Part shown: positions 13,074 through 26,391 of the stretch, in pieces
Position numbering within the stretch: position 1 is the first letter of the stretch
Layout of the letters: the number at the start of each line of letters is the position of its first letter
Source of the DNA: Parasitella parasitica NRRL 2501
Taxonomy: Eukaryota > Fungi > Mucoromycota
Length of the DNA: 64,000 nt
Direction of reading: 5' to 3'
Assembly: GCA_025201805.1 (NCBI GenBank)
Contig: MU619301.1
Span: 98,681-162,680, forward strand
Notes under the pieces: generated by a model
What the model saw: the letters and a program-made list of their open reading frames with translations, nothing else
Databases searched by the model: none
Told to the model about the DNA's origin: nothing
Translations under genes and position numbers: made by a program

Positions 13074-15385
13074 TCACATTTATGTTTGTTGGCGATGTAA
13101 GATCAGGTGTGAGGACGCTGTGAGCCACTGACTTTCTCTCGAACGAAAGCAACCTTTTGCAAAGCTAAATATATCTATATCCACGAGAAAGATTAGCAAT
13201 GAACGCACTAATACAGCATTTACGCTTAATGACAAATATGCCTACAAGCTGTATTTTCACCAAGGACGCAACCAAAGTTCTGCTACCAGCAATAGCCAAA
13301 GGTCTAATTGCCAGATTCCTATACTATTGTTGGATAATCTTTTTAGCATATTATTAAATAGAACATAGTGTACATCTTAACATTATTTACTCTGTTTAGA
13401 GAGTTTTTAGTTTAAATGAAAATACATGATCATTTATTTGATGCTTTGTTTCATACGCATATATTTTACTTACAAATTTTCTAGTTTCTGAAAAAGAAAT
13501 GCGCTTGGCTTAACGCCGACTTCTCGAAAATCAACAGTGGAACTGAAAGCATTTGTTAACTTCATTCCTTCTTGGTCTATATTTGTTTTGCTTTATTCTT
13601 GTATATTATTTGTTGACTGTGTACAGTTTTCAAGATTTTTTTTAGTGTTAGTTATACGAAAAACTTTCCAAATTAGGATATAAGTAAGTGAATGATACTA
13701 TAAATCAAGTAAGAGATACTGAGTATTTCCCTGCATTAGAGACAGCAGGATTAAGTCTTGAATTACCCTTACCATGTCTTGAGTACAATTCGATTCAAAC
13801 CGGAAATCTAGTATATCATTAGCAGTTAGAAAACATGTATAAACCTTCACATCTCGATTTATTTTATTAAAAAAAAAAAAATACATAACCACTATTTTCG
13901 CATTCAATCTTGTTAATAATAGGTCGTCTTGTCATTCGCTTTTAATGATCTCAAAAGACGCCTTATTTCTATTGATGATTAAGAAGAACAAATGTCAGAT
14001 CAGTCAGTCTTGCGGACTAATCAGCACTTGAACAGCCAATTTACTTTCATGATACATACAATCAACAACAAGCATAACAGAGAAGTTGGGCATAAATCTC
14101 ACCACAATTCCCTGTTCAATGCAATATCCTTTCAATTACAACAGCAAAATTAACAACTAAGACAGCAACAAGACATAATCCAAACATTAACAACAAACCA
14201 GCAGTTTCTGAAGTCGCAGCTACAGCTTGCTTTCGCAGGCTAAGAATACAGTAGATTGATAAATTGAGAATTTCGGACCAACACAGGTAAAAGCTGCTTC
14301 CGAACACCACATCCCATCCAAGACTAGCAAAGAAGACAAAGTGTAAGGACTCTTCTTCTTTTCTTTCTTATATTTATTGTACGCCTGCCATCAAACATGA
14401 AATAAAAAAAAAAAAAAAAAAAAAGACAGTAGGCTCAACCATCATCAACCCTCCAGCTTCGTTTCTAAAGGCATTCAGTGGGCTTCAAAGCAAAGTCCAG
14501 ACATCCGAAGAGAAAACAGATTAGTGGAATGCCCTGCAGTCGCAATTTTTCATCTGTTTACTACGCTCAATTATACATTGCAGGAAGAAAAATGGAAACT
14601 ATGATGAGCTGCACATCTCTTCATTGAAATATACTAGGATACCCAAAGGTGAAGTGCATGAAGCAGAAGCAAAAATCAAGAGTCCAGGAAAAAATCACAA
14701 CAATGCTAAACACCGTATACGGTACTAGACAGAATTTGTGGAAGCGGATATTTTTGAACACTTGACTCTACCCCGCGCTCTCACTTTAGGCTCCAAGCAA
14801 ATCAATCAAGACACCAGCTTGGCTACCTTTACAAATTCGTTGACTCGGAAAAAGAAGGCCATAGAAGGCGGGTATAGAGCTCTGGAGATGAAAAAGAATC
14901 TTGGAAAAAACAATGCTCAAGACAATGCGCCGCTGGTCTTGGTTTCCTTTAATTTGGAGTACCTTTCCCCTGTTTCGATCCAAACCCCACCATTGCCAGA
15001 GGCACACAATTCAACAATTTAGCCCCATATTTTTTTTGTACAGAAAACAGATACTGGGCTCGCCTTTCGATAGAGGCAATACTCTCTGAAGCCAAATAAA
15101 CAAATATAAAAAGTGGGGATAATTCATCGTTAATCGAGCGCTGCATCTTTGACTTTGGCCTTTTACGGTATTATTGTGTAAGTGACATTTCGATTTTATA
15201 AATTGTTTACAAAACATAACCAAAATCATCTGTTTCCTCTTTCGGAATTTAGCTTGCTATATCGATACAATACAAGAGATAGCCTTCGATACATAGTTAA
15301 AAACAAACGCATGACTATCTGATTTTACTGATTCAGAAGTGCGGCAGCGCGACTTTGTTGTTGCGATATGAAATACATGTAAACC

Positions 15386-16245
15386 TTTTTTTTTTTTAAA
15401 AAAGTTTGCTGTTTGCGGTTGGAAGGTAAGGTGAGAAGAGGTTACAGAGCTATAGAAAGATACTAATCCACAGAGAAGAAAGGAAGTGGAAAATGAGGGA
15501 TACCAGACGCAATGAAATTGTCTTGTTGGTGTTTGAGAATTTTTGATTCGACGAACGAAAGCACAGAGTCCAGAAGAAAGGGAGTGTCAGAAAAGATGAA
15601 AGCCCAATGAGAACCCCAAATATATTCGATAGTGGCAGCAACCACCAGAATGCTGGCCGAGGAAAGTCGGCGTGAAAGCGGATAGTAGTGAGGAGTAGAT
15701 GGAGATCAAAAGAGGTCCAAGGAAAGGAAAGGAAAGGAAAGGAAGGTGGCGATGTTGAATCGTTTGCCATACTAACAGTTTGACGGGACACGAGAATCTA
15801 AAACGTAAGAGCACAGCTCGAAGGTATGTAGGGTGAACACTTTGGCATCGGTGTTAATCAATGCTATTATGGGCTGCCACTTCTTCAAGAGACCTAAGGC
15901 GCCTTGTTTTGGAAGCAAAGAAACACACGACTCGAGCCAGCAAGGGACAAGGCATTTTTAAATGTCGCCAGGGCGTTTTCGCGACAACCTGGATGCAAAG
16001 TAACAAGCTGGTAAGGAAGACCGTCTTGGCAAGGAGGGGATTTGTCAGGAGCATGCGAGAAGGCTTCAATCAAATCGTCAAAGGTGATGGGAACCACGAC
16101 AGAGTCAGCGTCAGCATCAGACAGCCAAAGTGAGGCGGGGAGTGCATCTAGCAAGTCGGATATAGCCTGAGGATCAATGGGGTTAGACGAATACAGGTCT
16201 GTATAGAAGGTGGCTACGAGATCCAGCATCTCCTCTTTTGTCGTG

Positions 16246-16283
<38 letters not shown>

Positions 16284-16551
16284 TGGGGTAGATCAGCGGC
16301 GGGATCGACTTCTTGGGCGCCCGGGAGGCGACAGAGCTTTTCAAGAAACCGGCCTAGACTTCACCGCGTTCACGCCAATGAATGCCAGAGCGCAAGGCCA
16401 AGATTTCAACCTGGTACTGTTGCAGGGAAGCAAGCTGTTCTTTGACAATTCTCAGTTGGTGATCCAGCACTGGATGGAGGGAGGGATCAGTGGTCAGCTT
16501 TCGCGATAACCCTGAGTGCTTTTTGTGGAGTAGATCTTCTGCACGCGACAA
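15386..16551 (-). mobile_element. L1-type non-LTR retrotransposon ORF2 remnant (internally deleted, frameshifted) with poly(A) end
   Basis: LRSGIHWRERGE, MLDLVATFYTDLYS...PITFDDL...KSPPCQDGLPYQ (a degenerate KSPGPDGLPYE), C-terminal IWGSHWAFIFSDTPF. T12 at 15386-15397 is the poly(A) tail on the minus strand. Confidence 0.85.
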
Positions 16552-16989
16552 TGTGTAGCTCTATCGAACTTAAAAAGTCAGACGTCACTACAGCTACCCT
16601 ACAACAACAACCAAACAAAAACCTGAGGGATCAACACCTGTATTTTAAACGACAAATATCTTTTTACTGAAAACACTGATAATCAACTCATTTACTTTTG
16701 ATTTCGCTGGCTGATCCGCTTACGTGGTTCAATTGTACAGATATGAAAACTGCTTTGTAGGACGCAAGATTGTAGGACGCAAGATTGAGAGCTTTAATTT
16801 GATAGGCTTTCTGGTGGGGTTGAAGCAACTTGGAAAAAGTATTAAAAGCCTGTATGCCTGGAAAGAGTTCGCGATGAACCTCAGCAACACAATTACATTA
16901 TCTCATGTTGATTAATCTTATAATTATGGTCTGATCAAACTCAGTGATTAAGCTTCAACTAGTCCCGCTGGATCACCAACGAGAAAGGT

Positions 16990-17560
16990 AGATCCAACCA
17001 TTGTCAGTCTATCACCTAGTAATCGATCGAATATCAGAGGAAAATATACACACTCATATCCCTTTGTCACGTAATAACTTTGAAAAATTCATGTATTTCC
17101 ATCTCGCATGCCGGCTTACCCTCAAGCCAACAATGTCAAAGAAAGACGCCGCTGATGCCCATGATCTTTTCCTAAAGTATAACCGTACATTTGTACAGTT
17201 ATATACTGCTGAATTTGTACGCCCTTACAATCACCTTCTCATGCATCTGGCTCAAAATATTCTTGATTTTGGCTCGGTTGTTCGTACTTGGTGCTTCAGC
17301 TATGAAAGGTATTACCAAAACGATAAATCAAAATATGCCATTTAATTGATAGCTCTTTCTAAAGATACAACTACTTACTGAAGCCTATTGATACGAGTCA
17401 ACGAGGTCACTTTGAGAGGACCATCATGCGCAAGTTTGTTGAGAAGAGCAACTCCATGTCAATGATCAACGAGTATGGCAGCGTCCTCCAAGATGAAGAG
17501 CAGGCGCTCTTATTCAACATAGCTAATGCAAACGGCCATATAAAAATCATTTTAGCAATT
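16990..17560 (+). mobile_element. CACTA/Mirage (CMC superfamily)-like transposase C-terminal remnant
   Basis: HLLMHLAQNILDFGSVVRTWCFSYER matches the H-x-L-x-H-L...(F/Y)GP...W-x-F-x-(F/Y)ER motif. The frame is broken. Confidence 0.7.
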
Positions 17561-17940
17561 TGTTGAATAAAGTGTTCTCATGTAATTTTTGAACCTTAAT
17601 TTTCGAGGATGAAATATAAATGGAAACAACTATGGCATGTCATAACACAAATAAATTACTAAAGTACGTATCACCACTTTGATAGCTTTTCAATAAGGGT
17701 TATTTCAGTATTTCCTGAAGATGATCATATTTCTTCTCGCTTTGTTGACGCGACTCTACCAGTAAAGAAGTTTCTAAAATGCTGTCCTCAAATGGGTAAT
17801 ACGGTATATTTTCGGGTTCCTGGATGAGAGACTTGGTCCGAAATCCCGGGTATGAGCTAGTAGCAGCGAGCAATTCAATCTCACCCAAGTCCAAAATTAC
17901 AAAAGTGGGCAGTAATTTTCAAACATCCGGTAAACTGAGG

Positions 17941-17973
17941 CCAATCGTACCAATTTAGAGTAAAACCCTGTAT
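17941..17973. repeat. Second copy of the 31-bp putative TIR, reading TA-CAGGGTTTT... on the minus strand
   Basis: See 11836-11866. The TA flank and CAG terminus resemble ends of TA-targeting DNA transposons. Confidence 0.6.
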
Positions 17974-18550
17974 ATCATATCCTGATTTGATACCCATCCA
18001 CATACACCAAGCTTAAAATTGGGGGGAGGGGGAGTGGAGGGTTTTTGCGATATTGATCGCCAAATGTTCCTAGATCGGGTCAGATTTAATCCCTTTACAC
18101 ATGCAGTAATCTCCATCAGTTATAGAATGACAATGCTTCCATATGTTTACTTTGGAAATCAATTCATTGCTGGATTCATGCATTAGTTTTGTCAATGTAT
18201 TATGATTCAAGTACACCCTGATATTATAATGGCAGCAATAGTAGTAAACCAGAATTCAGGTGTAACTGTGAGCTAAAGTTTGAGGTTTTTTTTTTTTTTT
18301 TTTTTTTNNNNNNNNNNNNNNNNNNNNNNNNNNNNNNNNNNNNNNNNNNNNNNNNNNNNNNNNNNNNNNNNNNNNNNNNNNNNNNNNTATATATATATGT
18401 GTGCGTGTATGTGTGTGTATTATATTACACTATATATTTATATAAAGGCTTGTTGGGTTTAATATAGAAGCCAAATAATGATATATAAAAGAGATGGAAA
18501 CAAAAAAAGGTGGGTTAAAATTTGCTGATCCTGCAGGGTTTCTTTTTTCT

Positions 18551-19232
18551 TCAAGAAGAAGCGTTTGAATCCTCTTTTGTTGTTTGCGATGCCGCCGCTG
18601 AAGCAGCATTCGTTGCAGCCACGGCAGCTGTGGGAGCAACTACATTTTTCTTCTCTGCTTCCTCTTCGTCGTCATCCTTCACTTCTCCCTCTTCTTGCTC
18701 TTCGACTTCTCCCTCTTCAGGCTCCTCTTTGGCTACCGGCATGGGTTTATCTTCTTGCACGTCAACGGCTTCTTTCTCTGCTGGATCTGGTGCTGAGGGA
18801 GTGGTTACAATAGGAGTAGAGATTGGTGCTGGTGGCGATGCTGAGGCAGTGTCTGTAGCCGTTGTTGCTGTCACAGCAGGTGCAGATTCTTCCTCTTGGT
18901 GTTCCCCTTCCTCCTTCTCTTCTGCTGCCGTCGAGGATGTGGGCACTGGTATTGTCGTAGTAGAAGTAGCAGCGGCAGCTGGCGATGCTTCCTTTTCTTC
19001 CTGTTGAGGCTTCTTCTCTTCCTCTTTATTATCATTGCTAGGTCTAGGTTTTTTGTTTTCTTCTTGCTCATGTTGTAATGCACGTTTCTGGCCCAATTGA
19101 GGATTACCCATACTCAACAAAGCATCAGCAACGCTTTCGTCATAATCCTCGTCTACAGGACGCTGTGGTTGTGATTGCTGTTGAGGTTGCTGCTGCTGCT
19201 GCTGCTGCTGGTGATGTTGCTGCTGCTGCTGC

Positions 19233-19293
<61 letters not shown>

Positions 19294-21788
19294 GGTGGTG
19301 GTGTTGATGTTGATGTTGATGTTGATGATGGTGGAGCTGCTGTTGATGTTGCTGCTGCTGCTGCTGCTGCTGTTCCTCCTTCTTCACTTCTTCTTTGGTG
19401 CTATATTCCATGGGTTGAGTAGGGGGACGATTGTTATATTCCTCATGTTTCATACGATGGTAATCATTGCTGCGGTGTGCGGTGCGAGGAGAAGATGTAT
19501 TTGAAGAGTCGACTTCCATTGGTCTCTGTGCAGGCGAACGTTGCTCGTAGAATCGATCATTGTGGCCTGTACGGGGAGATAAACGATGATCAAATTGGTT
19601 GGGTGGCGCTAAAGGATGTGAGGTACGCGGAGAAGGTCGAGAATGGGGCAAAGACATAGGCGCAGGGTTGGGTGAACGAGTTTCCTCTTTAAAGGGTTGG
19701 CGCATACTCATGGGAGGCAGATTGGTCTGAGAGCTCTGCTGCTGTTGATGCTGTTGCTGAGGCGACATGCGCTGCTGCTGCTGCTGCTGGGGTGGCATAT
19801 GTTGCTGAGGAGGAAGAGATTGCTGCTGTTGCGAATGATGAGGATGTTGCTGTCTTTCGTCGTGCATAATGGGGTTCATTTGCGAACGATCAGATGGAGT
19901 AGGCGCACGGCCGCCGCCAATGTCAGGGATACGCACATCCTCGCGTTGGTTTGAATTGGAAGGATGAGATCCTGAAGATGGAGGATACTGTCCATAAGGT
20001 CCAGGAGAGCGACGGCCAGAACCAGCAGGAGGAGGAGGGCCGGGCATAGGAAGATCTCTGGCAGGCCCGTTGCTACCTTCGTGGGGGTTCATACTGTGAC
20101 TCACAATAGGCAATTGTGGTGTGGGTACTCTTTCATCGCGTAATGCTGCATTAGAGCTGCCACTGCCCAAAGCGGTATGGTAGGCAGACATGCTGGACGG
20201 AGGGCCTGTGGGGGCTGATTGACTATAAGACGCACCAGATAGAGGTTGTCCGTTGTGTCCGCTTTGATATTGGCTGGGGTTGCTGACATCTTGAGGAACT
20301 GGAGCACTGCCGGGCTGTGATGATTGTACATTTTGCGATTTTCGTAGTAATTCAAGACGTTGCTTGATGTGGGGATTAGATGGATCCAATTCAGCTGCTC
20401 TTTGATAGGCATCCAAAGCGTCTTGAACCTGATTGTTACAGGATTCGTAAAGGGTACCCAAATCGTACCAAACTTCAGAAATATAAGGGTTTAAGCGGAT
20501 GGCACGGCTGTAGGCATCCAGTGCGTCGCGGTACTGATTGATCTGGTAATATAAAACACCAATAGAACACCAAAAGGTGGGGTTGCGGGCGTCGCGGTAG
20601 ACGGCTTGCTGGTAAGCTTCGTAGGCTTTGTTATAGTTTTGTTCTGCCATGTAACAACGTCCAAGCAGGTACCAAGATTGCGCATCGTTACTATCTGACT
20701 TGAGAGAGCGGGTGAGATACTGGATTGCCAGTGCCTGGTTGCAGAAAGACGTGTTTTGTTGATGGTACAGCCAGCCCAATTGCTGGAGCACTTTGGCATG
20801 ATCAGGGTTCTCGTTGAGCACACGCTCGTACGCTTCTTTTGCTAATTCATACTACACAAATCATCATCAGAGGGGGGGAAAGTTCATGTATAAATTACCT
20901 CCTTAAAAACATAATTTAATTACCTCTTTCTGTTGTTCATAGACATGACCAGTTTGGAACCAAATATCTGACTCAGTTAAAGGTCTTGGAGGGTTGTGAA
21001 GAATATAACGGAAACACTGCAGGGCATATCAAGTTAGAAAAAACACACACACATACGCACACACACACGCTTGTGTACTGTGGCCCTTGCCTGCCTTACC
21101 TGGAGAGAAAGATCGTATTTCTGTTGCTGTTTGTAGATGATGCCTAGTCTAAAGTAGATTTCGTTGGCCTTTTCGAATTTGGGGTCCATCTTCATTACAG
21201 CTGAGAAGGCCTCCTCTGCATGTTCCAACGAGCCATAGCGATCGTAAAGAATACCAATGCCGTACCAAAGTTTAGGATCCTGTGTCTGTTTAATAAATCA
21301 TATCCCTCCTTTTTTTTCTCTTTCCACTGCTGCAAACAATACCTTGGGATTTGAAAGATGATATAAAGCTTGCTGGTAAGCTTGATACGCTTCTTGTAGA
21401 TTGTCCATCATGAGATAACAATGGCCTAGTGCAGCCCAGGTTTCACCGTTGTTCTCTTGGATTGCCAGGATTCGTTTAAAGTATTCAACAGCTCTGCCAA
21501 ACTGCTCACGTCCTCTGCACAAGGACGCGATTTGAGACAGAGCGACAACGCTGTACGGATTGTGTCGGAGGGCTGATTCATAGCAATTCATGGCTTTGTC
21601 GTAATCGGTCATCATTTCTGCTAAATTGCCTGCCATTGCAATGTACAAAAGAATGTTTGTTAGAGTGACAACATTTCGTTATGCAACAGTACAAAACGGC
21701 ATTTACCCATGGTTAACCAGGTCTGTTCGTTCACTTGAGCTAGTTTCTGAGCAGCTGTAACTTGCTGTGGTGGTACAGTTGCTGCCAT
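18551..21788 (-). CDS. CYC8: General transcriptional co-repressor Cyc8/Ssn6 (TPR repeats plus Q/P-rich tail)
   Basis: YESALRHNPYS, GHCYLMMDNLQEAYQAYQQALYHL, DPKLWYGIGILYDRYGSLEHAEEAF, YQQAVYRDARNPTFWCSIGVLYYQINQYRDALDAYSRAIRLNPYISEVWYDLG. Four coding introns plus a probable 5'UTR intron at 21792-21942. Confidence 0.96.
19187..19371 (-). repeat. Compound CAG/CAA/CATCAA microsatellite encoding polyQ/QH in Cyc8
   Basis: Directly visible (tgc)n, (tgt)n and (tgatgt)n runs on the + strand. Confidence 0.95.
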
Positions 21789-23761
21789 TTTCTATCCAGT
21801 GCAAAAAGAAGGTTAATACCAGAGCTATTTAGACGGGGGAAAAGAGTTGGATATCTCTCGCTCCGTTTTATTGTGTGCGTCATGAACAACGTATGAAACG
21901 CGACTTTTTCCCACTTTTTGCTGGTTTCGCCATGACATTTACCTTGGATCGTTGCTGACTAAATTCGCTTTATTATGGGAAGTCTCTTGAATACAGCTAA
22001 TTTTACGGTTTTTTTTTATTTTATTTTTTTGGTACAAATCGAGAAAAGTTGATACAAAAAGAATTTTTCTTTAAAAGAGGGATTTGTAGAAAAAAAAAAA
22101 AAAAAAAAAAAGAATAGAAACATGGTGGTCCCGAGTAAAAAAATTATTTCGTCAATGTTGAACAGGACAAGGAGGCGGTTAAACATGCAAATCCTAATAG
22201 AGAGGTACTACGCTGCACACATGAAAATTGACATTGAAAAAATGGTCCTTTATTTTATTAGCTTCCTGCCATTATAATTGCTGTATGCCCAACCTCAATC
22301 CATCAATGAACGTACATACGCATCGTGTATAGCAATGCTACTTGTTAAAGGACGCTTGATTAGATACTGATGAGAGCAGAAGAAGAAGAAAAAAGAAAAA
22401 AAAAAAAAAAAAAAAACCACCCTGCTTGTATGTAGATGTTGTATATATAAATATGTATGTAGGTATTTATGTATTTATGTATGCTCTGCATTTAATCAAA
22501 ATATCTCGTGAATCTATAATATGTCAAGTTGCACATACATTTAATAGTGATCTGCTGACATCCCATGAGAAATATATAGTTGCGCTTGTTTCTGAAGCAC
22601 GTAGAATGTTCAAAGAGCCTTTATAGATGACACACATAATATTTTCTGTTTAGCACATTAATAGTTTTTTTTTTCTTTTTTTATTTCTTTCCGTTTTGGC
22701 CTCACAGCTTAATCGAGTTATCCCGATAATGCTTAAAATAGCCATAATTTCTTGTGAAAATGTGCCTGAAAACACATGTGTCACAGTAAAGAATGCCTCT
22801 GCAAATTAATTTCTCTGTGAAAAATACTCTCTAAAGCGTACAGTAGAAATGAATGAACATTAATCATCGATCATTCACTTTTTCATGTAGATCACAGCTA
22901 CTGCGAAATCACATTGGAGTTGCAGCCACTGCACTGTTGCCAGCAATTGCTTTGAAATTTCTGTTTCATCATGTTGGTAAACTTTCACCTATTCTCCGAA
23001 ATGTATCGTGGAACGTGTTTTGGATACGTTGCAGAATCCTGCTGCTTAATTTTCCTTTTTAAGAAAATCTTGTAGTCTGTGTCAAAACGAAAGATATAAA
23101 TCCTGATTTTAAATCACAATAGCAACACTCTTTTTATGGTTTGTTTCAACCATGTCGAGCTGTTGCTTCTCTATTCAGTGATAATTGTGATGATCGGATA
23201 TATCAAAAATGGTGGGATGGTTGTAGTAGGCCAGCGGACCATTATTTTCAACATAGGAGCCAATAGGGAAGTTGGTTGCAATAGCTGGAAAGCTCTGCGT
23301 AATAGCATTATCTTCAATGTCTAGTATCTTTTTATATTTATACATGTATATATATATATATACTACTGCACAACCATACCCAAGTTTCATGCATCTCTGC
23401 CCATATATCAACATTTATCATTCAGGCCCCCCCCCTAAACCTCATACTTTACCTTTGTTGTAGACGAAATTGCAAAACATAATTTCGCAAACTTTATAGC
23501 TTATACGTCTAGAGCAAGTATCAAATTTCGCAAGTACTGTCTGACTAGAGTGCTGTGGCAACATAATTGGCACGCTAATATAGCTCAACATGAATTACTA
23601 CGTTCATTGGAATTTATATACATTGTCTGAAGATGCTTTTTTGGGTCCCCAAGTATGCGTATGTACTGTATTGAATCGTGATTTCCACTGTTCTGCTACA
23701 TGTGCATGGAATCGTTTCATGTGTATTGAATGATATATGATATGTATAGTATAGGGATTTA

Positions 23762-24988
23762 TTATGCTGCATGTCTCTGCTGTAAACCATCTTTATGAAG
23801 GTTCACAGAACTGCCTGTAGGTGTACCGGCAACTATACCCTGGTAGTCCAGACGGTAGATTTTGGGTGGTAAACCTTTACCAAACTTACGATTAATGTGA
23901 TTTGAACACATGAGGGCTGTAAACATGACAAACAAATGCACAGGGATCATACTGAACGCAGCAATCCAAGTAATTGTCAACGCTTCTTTGGTAAATGATT
24001 GGTACTTGAATTTACAGCCGGGCAGCAAGGTGCGAGGGAAGCATTTGTTGGATCGTTCGTGGTAGTCGGTAAAGCTCTTGTATCCGCAACAGTGAAGATT
24101 AGCTTGAATGCGGGCTCTGCCGTCCGAGTCAAGATCATAATGCCATTGGTACGAGAGTTTGCCTTCAATATTCCATTTGTTTTTGCGATAGGCTGTGTAA
24201 CCGATCGCGGCGATGAGACCAAAGCATGGCCATAAGAATAGGTTATATATCGTCAGCGCCGGTCGGTTGTTCAGCATGATACCGACATAGCCCAGCAGTG
24301 ATGTAAACAAGCAAACAACACCTGTGGCAAGAATCACTGCAGAGATCAAACAAAGTTTAGACATCATGCTGCTTTTTTGTTATCTACCATTGATCCTTAC
24401 AATTGAGAATCATTCGTTCTCCTACTAAAACAACATCTGCACGAAGATAAACTATAATGATAAACAATTTTTTTTTTCTTTTTAGGTATAATCATGTATC
24501 GATGTTGCGTGTTGGTCCCCTTACATTTAAAAAAGGTTAATAATGCTAATAGCATAATGCCTAGTCCATAACAAAACAGCTGAAAAAAAAATAAAAAATA
24601 AAAATATTAGGATTATTCAGCTATCAATGTCAGTGTCAATCGAGCAACTTGCCAGTGTGTTGGAGAGCAACAGCCACCATTTATGTTTGGACCATCTCTG
24701 CTTTTTTTTAATGGCTGGATCTGGCATTTGTCTTTTCATGATATGAAGACTAGCTGTATCTACTGAAGTGCGAGATCCTATCGATTGACGTGACTCTGAC
24801 TTCATCCAAGGTAAGACAGGCTCTGGCAAACCATTGTTCTGAAGAGACCCCCATGAGTCTGTCTGCTCTGGTTTCGATGCAATGCGATGATTAGTGTCTT
24901 GTAATGAAACCGATGAACTGGCTTGGCTTGTTTGACTGGTATATGGGTTTTTACCAAGCACTGATGCTGTTGGCAAAAAACTAGGCAT
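23762..24988 (-). CDS. Fungal tetraspanin, Tsp2-like, 4 exons
   Basis: Four hydrophobic segments; extracellular loop IQANLHCCGY...KCFPRTLLPGCK; long cytosolic N-terminus; GC-AG intron at 24580-24652. Confidence 0.8.
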
Positions 24989-25436
24989 GTTTTTTGGTTT
25001 CTTTTTTTAATATATATGAAAGAAGAGAAGAAAGGGTAAGATTATTATGTATCTAATTGCAAGCGAAAAAGATATTTTTAGGCCATGGATTTTGAATTTC
25101 CAGGTACACAAAAAAAAAAAAAAAAAACCATCTTTCGATTCCACAACTCCTGTTGCAAGCCGGAGGGGGGGATAAATATAGATGCCTATAGCCTAAAGGT
25201 CAAAACCCATGAAGGGTTTTATCGCTTTGTTGATTGGCTTGGTTAGATTCAATAAGGGCTCCTTTGGATCTTTCTTAGGGGGGGGGGGGGGCGCCGATGG
25301 GAATACTCTTATATTTATATGAGGTAGAAAGGTCGACAATTGATCAGCTTTCATCAGCCATTACTCGACATTTAGGTCATCTCGACTAAAATTCAGAAAC
25401 TGGTATAAATAATCTTTATTGAGGGTACGTTTCTGT

Positions 25437-26391
25437 TCAAGCATAAACTGCACCATAGCCATCTTTCTGTCCAGGATGTTGAAATGTAAGCGCTTCTGAT
25501 GATGGGTTTCCTCCGTTGTTGCGTCGAGCAATTTCTCTGGCAATTTTTCTCTCGTTATCTTCGTACTTGTCGCCAACCCACAGAGCAGCGCCAACTACAT
25601 TTGTCCACATGAAAAGAAGGTTGAACAATGGGACCAATTCAAGAGCAACCGCGACAGCGCCAAAATTACAGTAAACTGCTCTATGGCGCCAAGCAAAACT
25701 TCGTGAATCACTGACAGAGAATCCTCTAAACTCAATGTCATAATGAAGATGATGACCCCAGCTATACACAAATGCAGGCATCAGTTGATAAATTAGACAA
25801 CCAACCAGTCAGTCAGACTTACCATGCTACCCAACCATTGATATAACATGCAATAAAGGTTCCAATAACAGGAATCAAATGCAACGGAGCAGTAATAATC
25901 AACACAAATACCTGTGCTACGACAAGAACCCAGAGTAACGCTAAACCAGAGTATATACCACGGCAGCAAAGTCTCATTCCTGAAACAGGTACCCGGTTTG
26001 TGAACATGCGCTCAAGACCTCGCGCCTTGAGCGTTGCATCAAACAAGGCGTCCTGCATAAATGCCAGGAAGACGGCAAAGAATATCAAATCAAATACAGC
26101 TGATTCCAGCAAGACGAATATGACAGATACTATCCATGCCAACCAGACTGGACATTTAGCCACAATGAGTGCGTGTGCTTGCAACGGCAACAGATAAACA
26201 AATGAAAGTACCAAGGAAACGATACCAAATATAAGTGTCAATAAAAACGGACATAAAGCTTTTATCCACAGCTATTAAAAAAAAAAAAAGTCGTCAGTTG
26301 CTCAGCCGGTCAGTTTACTTTCAAGTTCTACCTGAGGATGTGAGGCGAAATAAACTATGCCAGCGACTGGATAAGTGTATGGAGGTGCCAT
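25437..26391 (-). CDS. EI24/Lds-Rrt8-like multi-pass membrane protein
   Basis: YPVAGIVYFASHPQLW, QDALFDATLKARG, LIITAPLHLIPVIG, HYDIEFRG, FGAVAVALELVP, WTNVVGAALW. Two introns. Confidence 0.7.

Noticed and set aside
18522-19954. Several + strand ORFs (poly-L, poly-V, poly-A)
   Set aside because: Antisense shadows of the Cyc8 low-complexity repeats.
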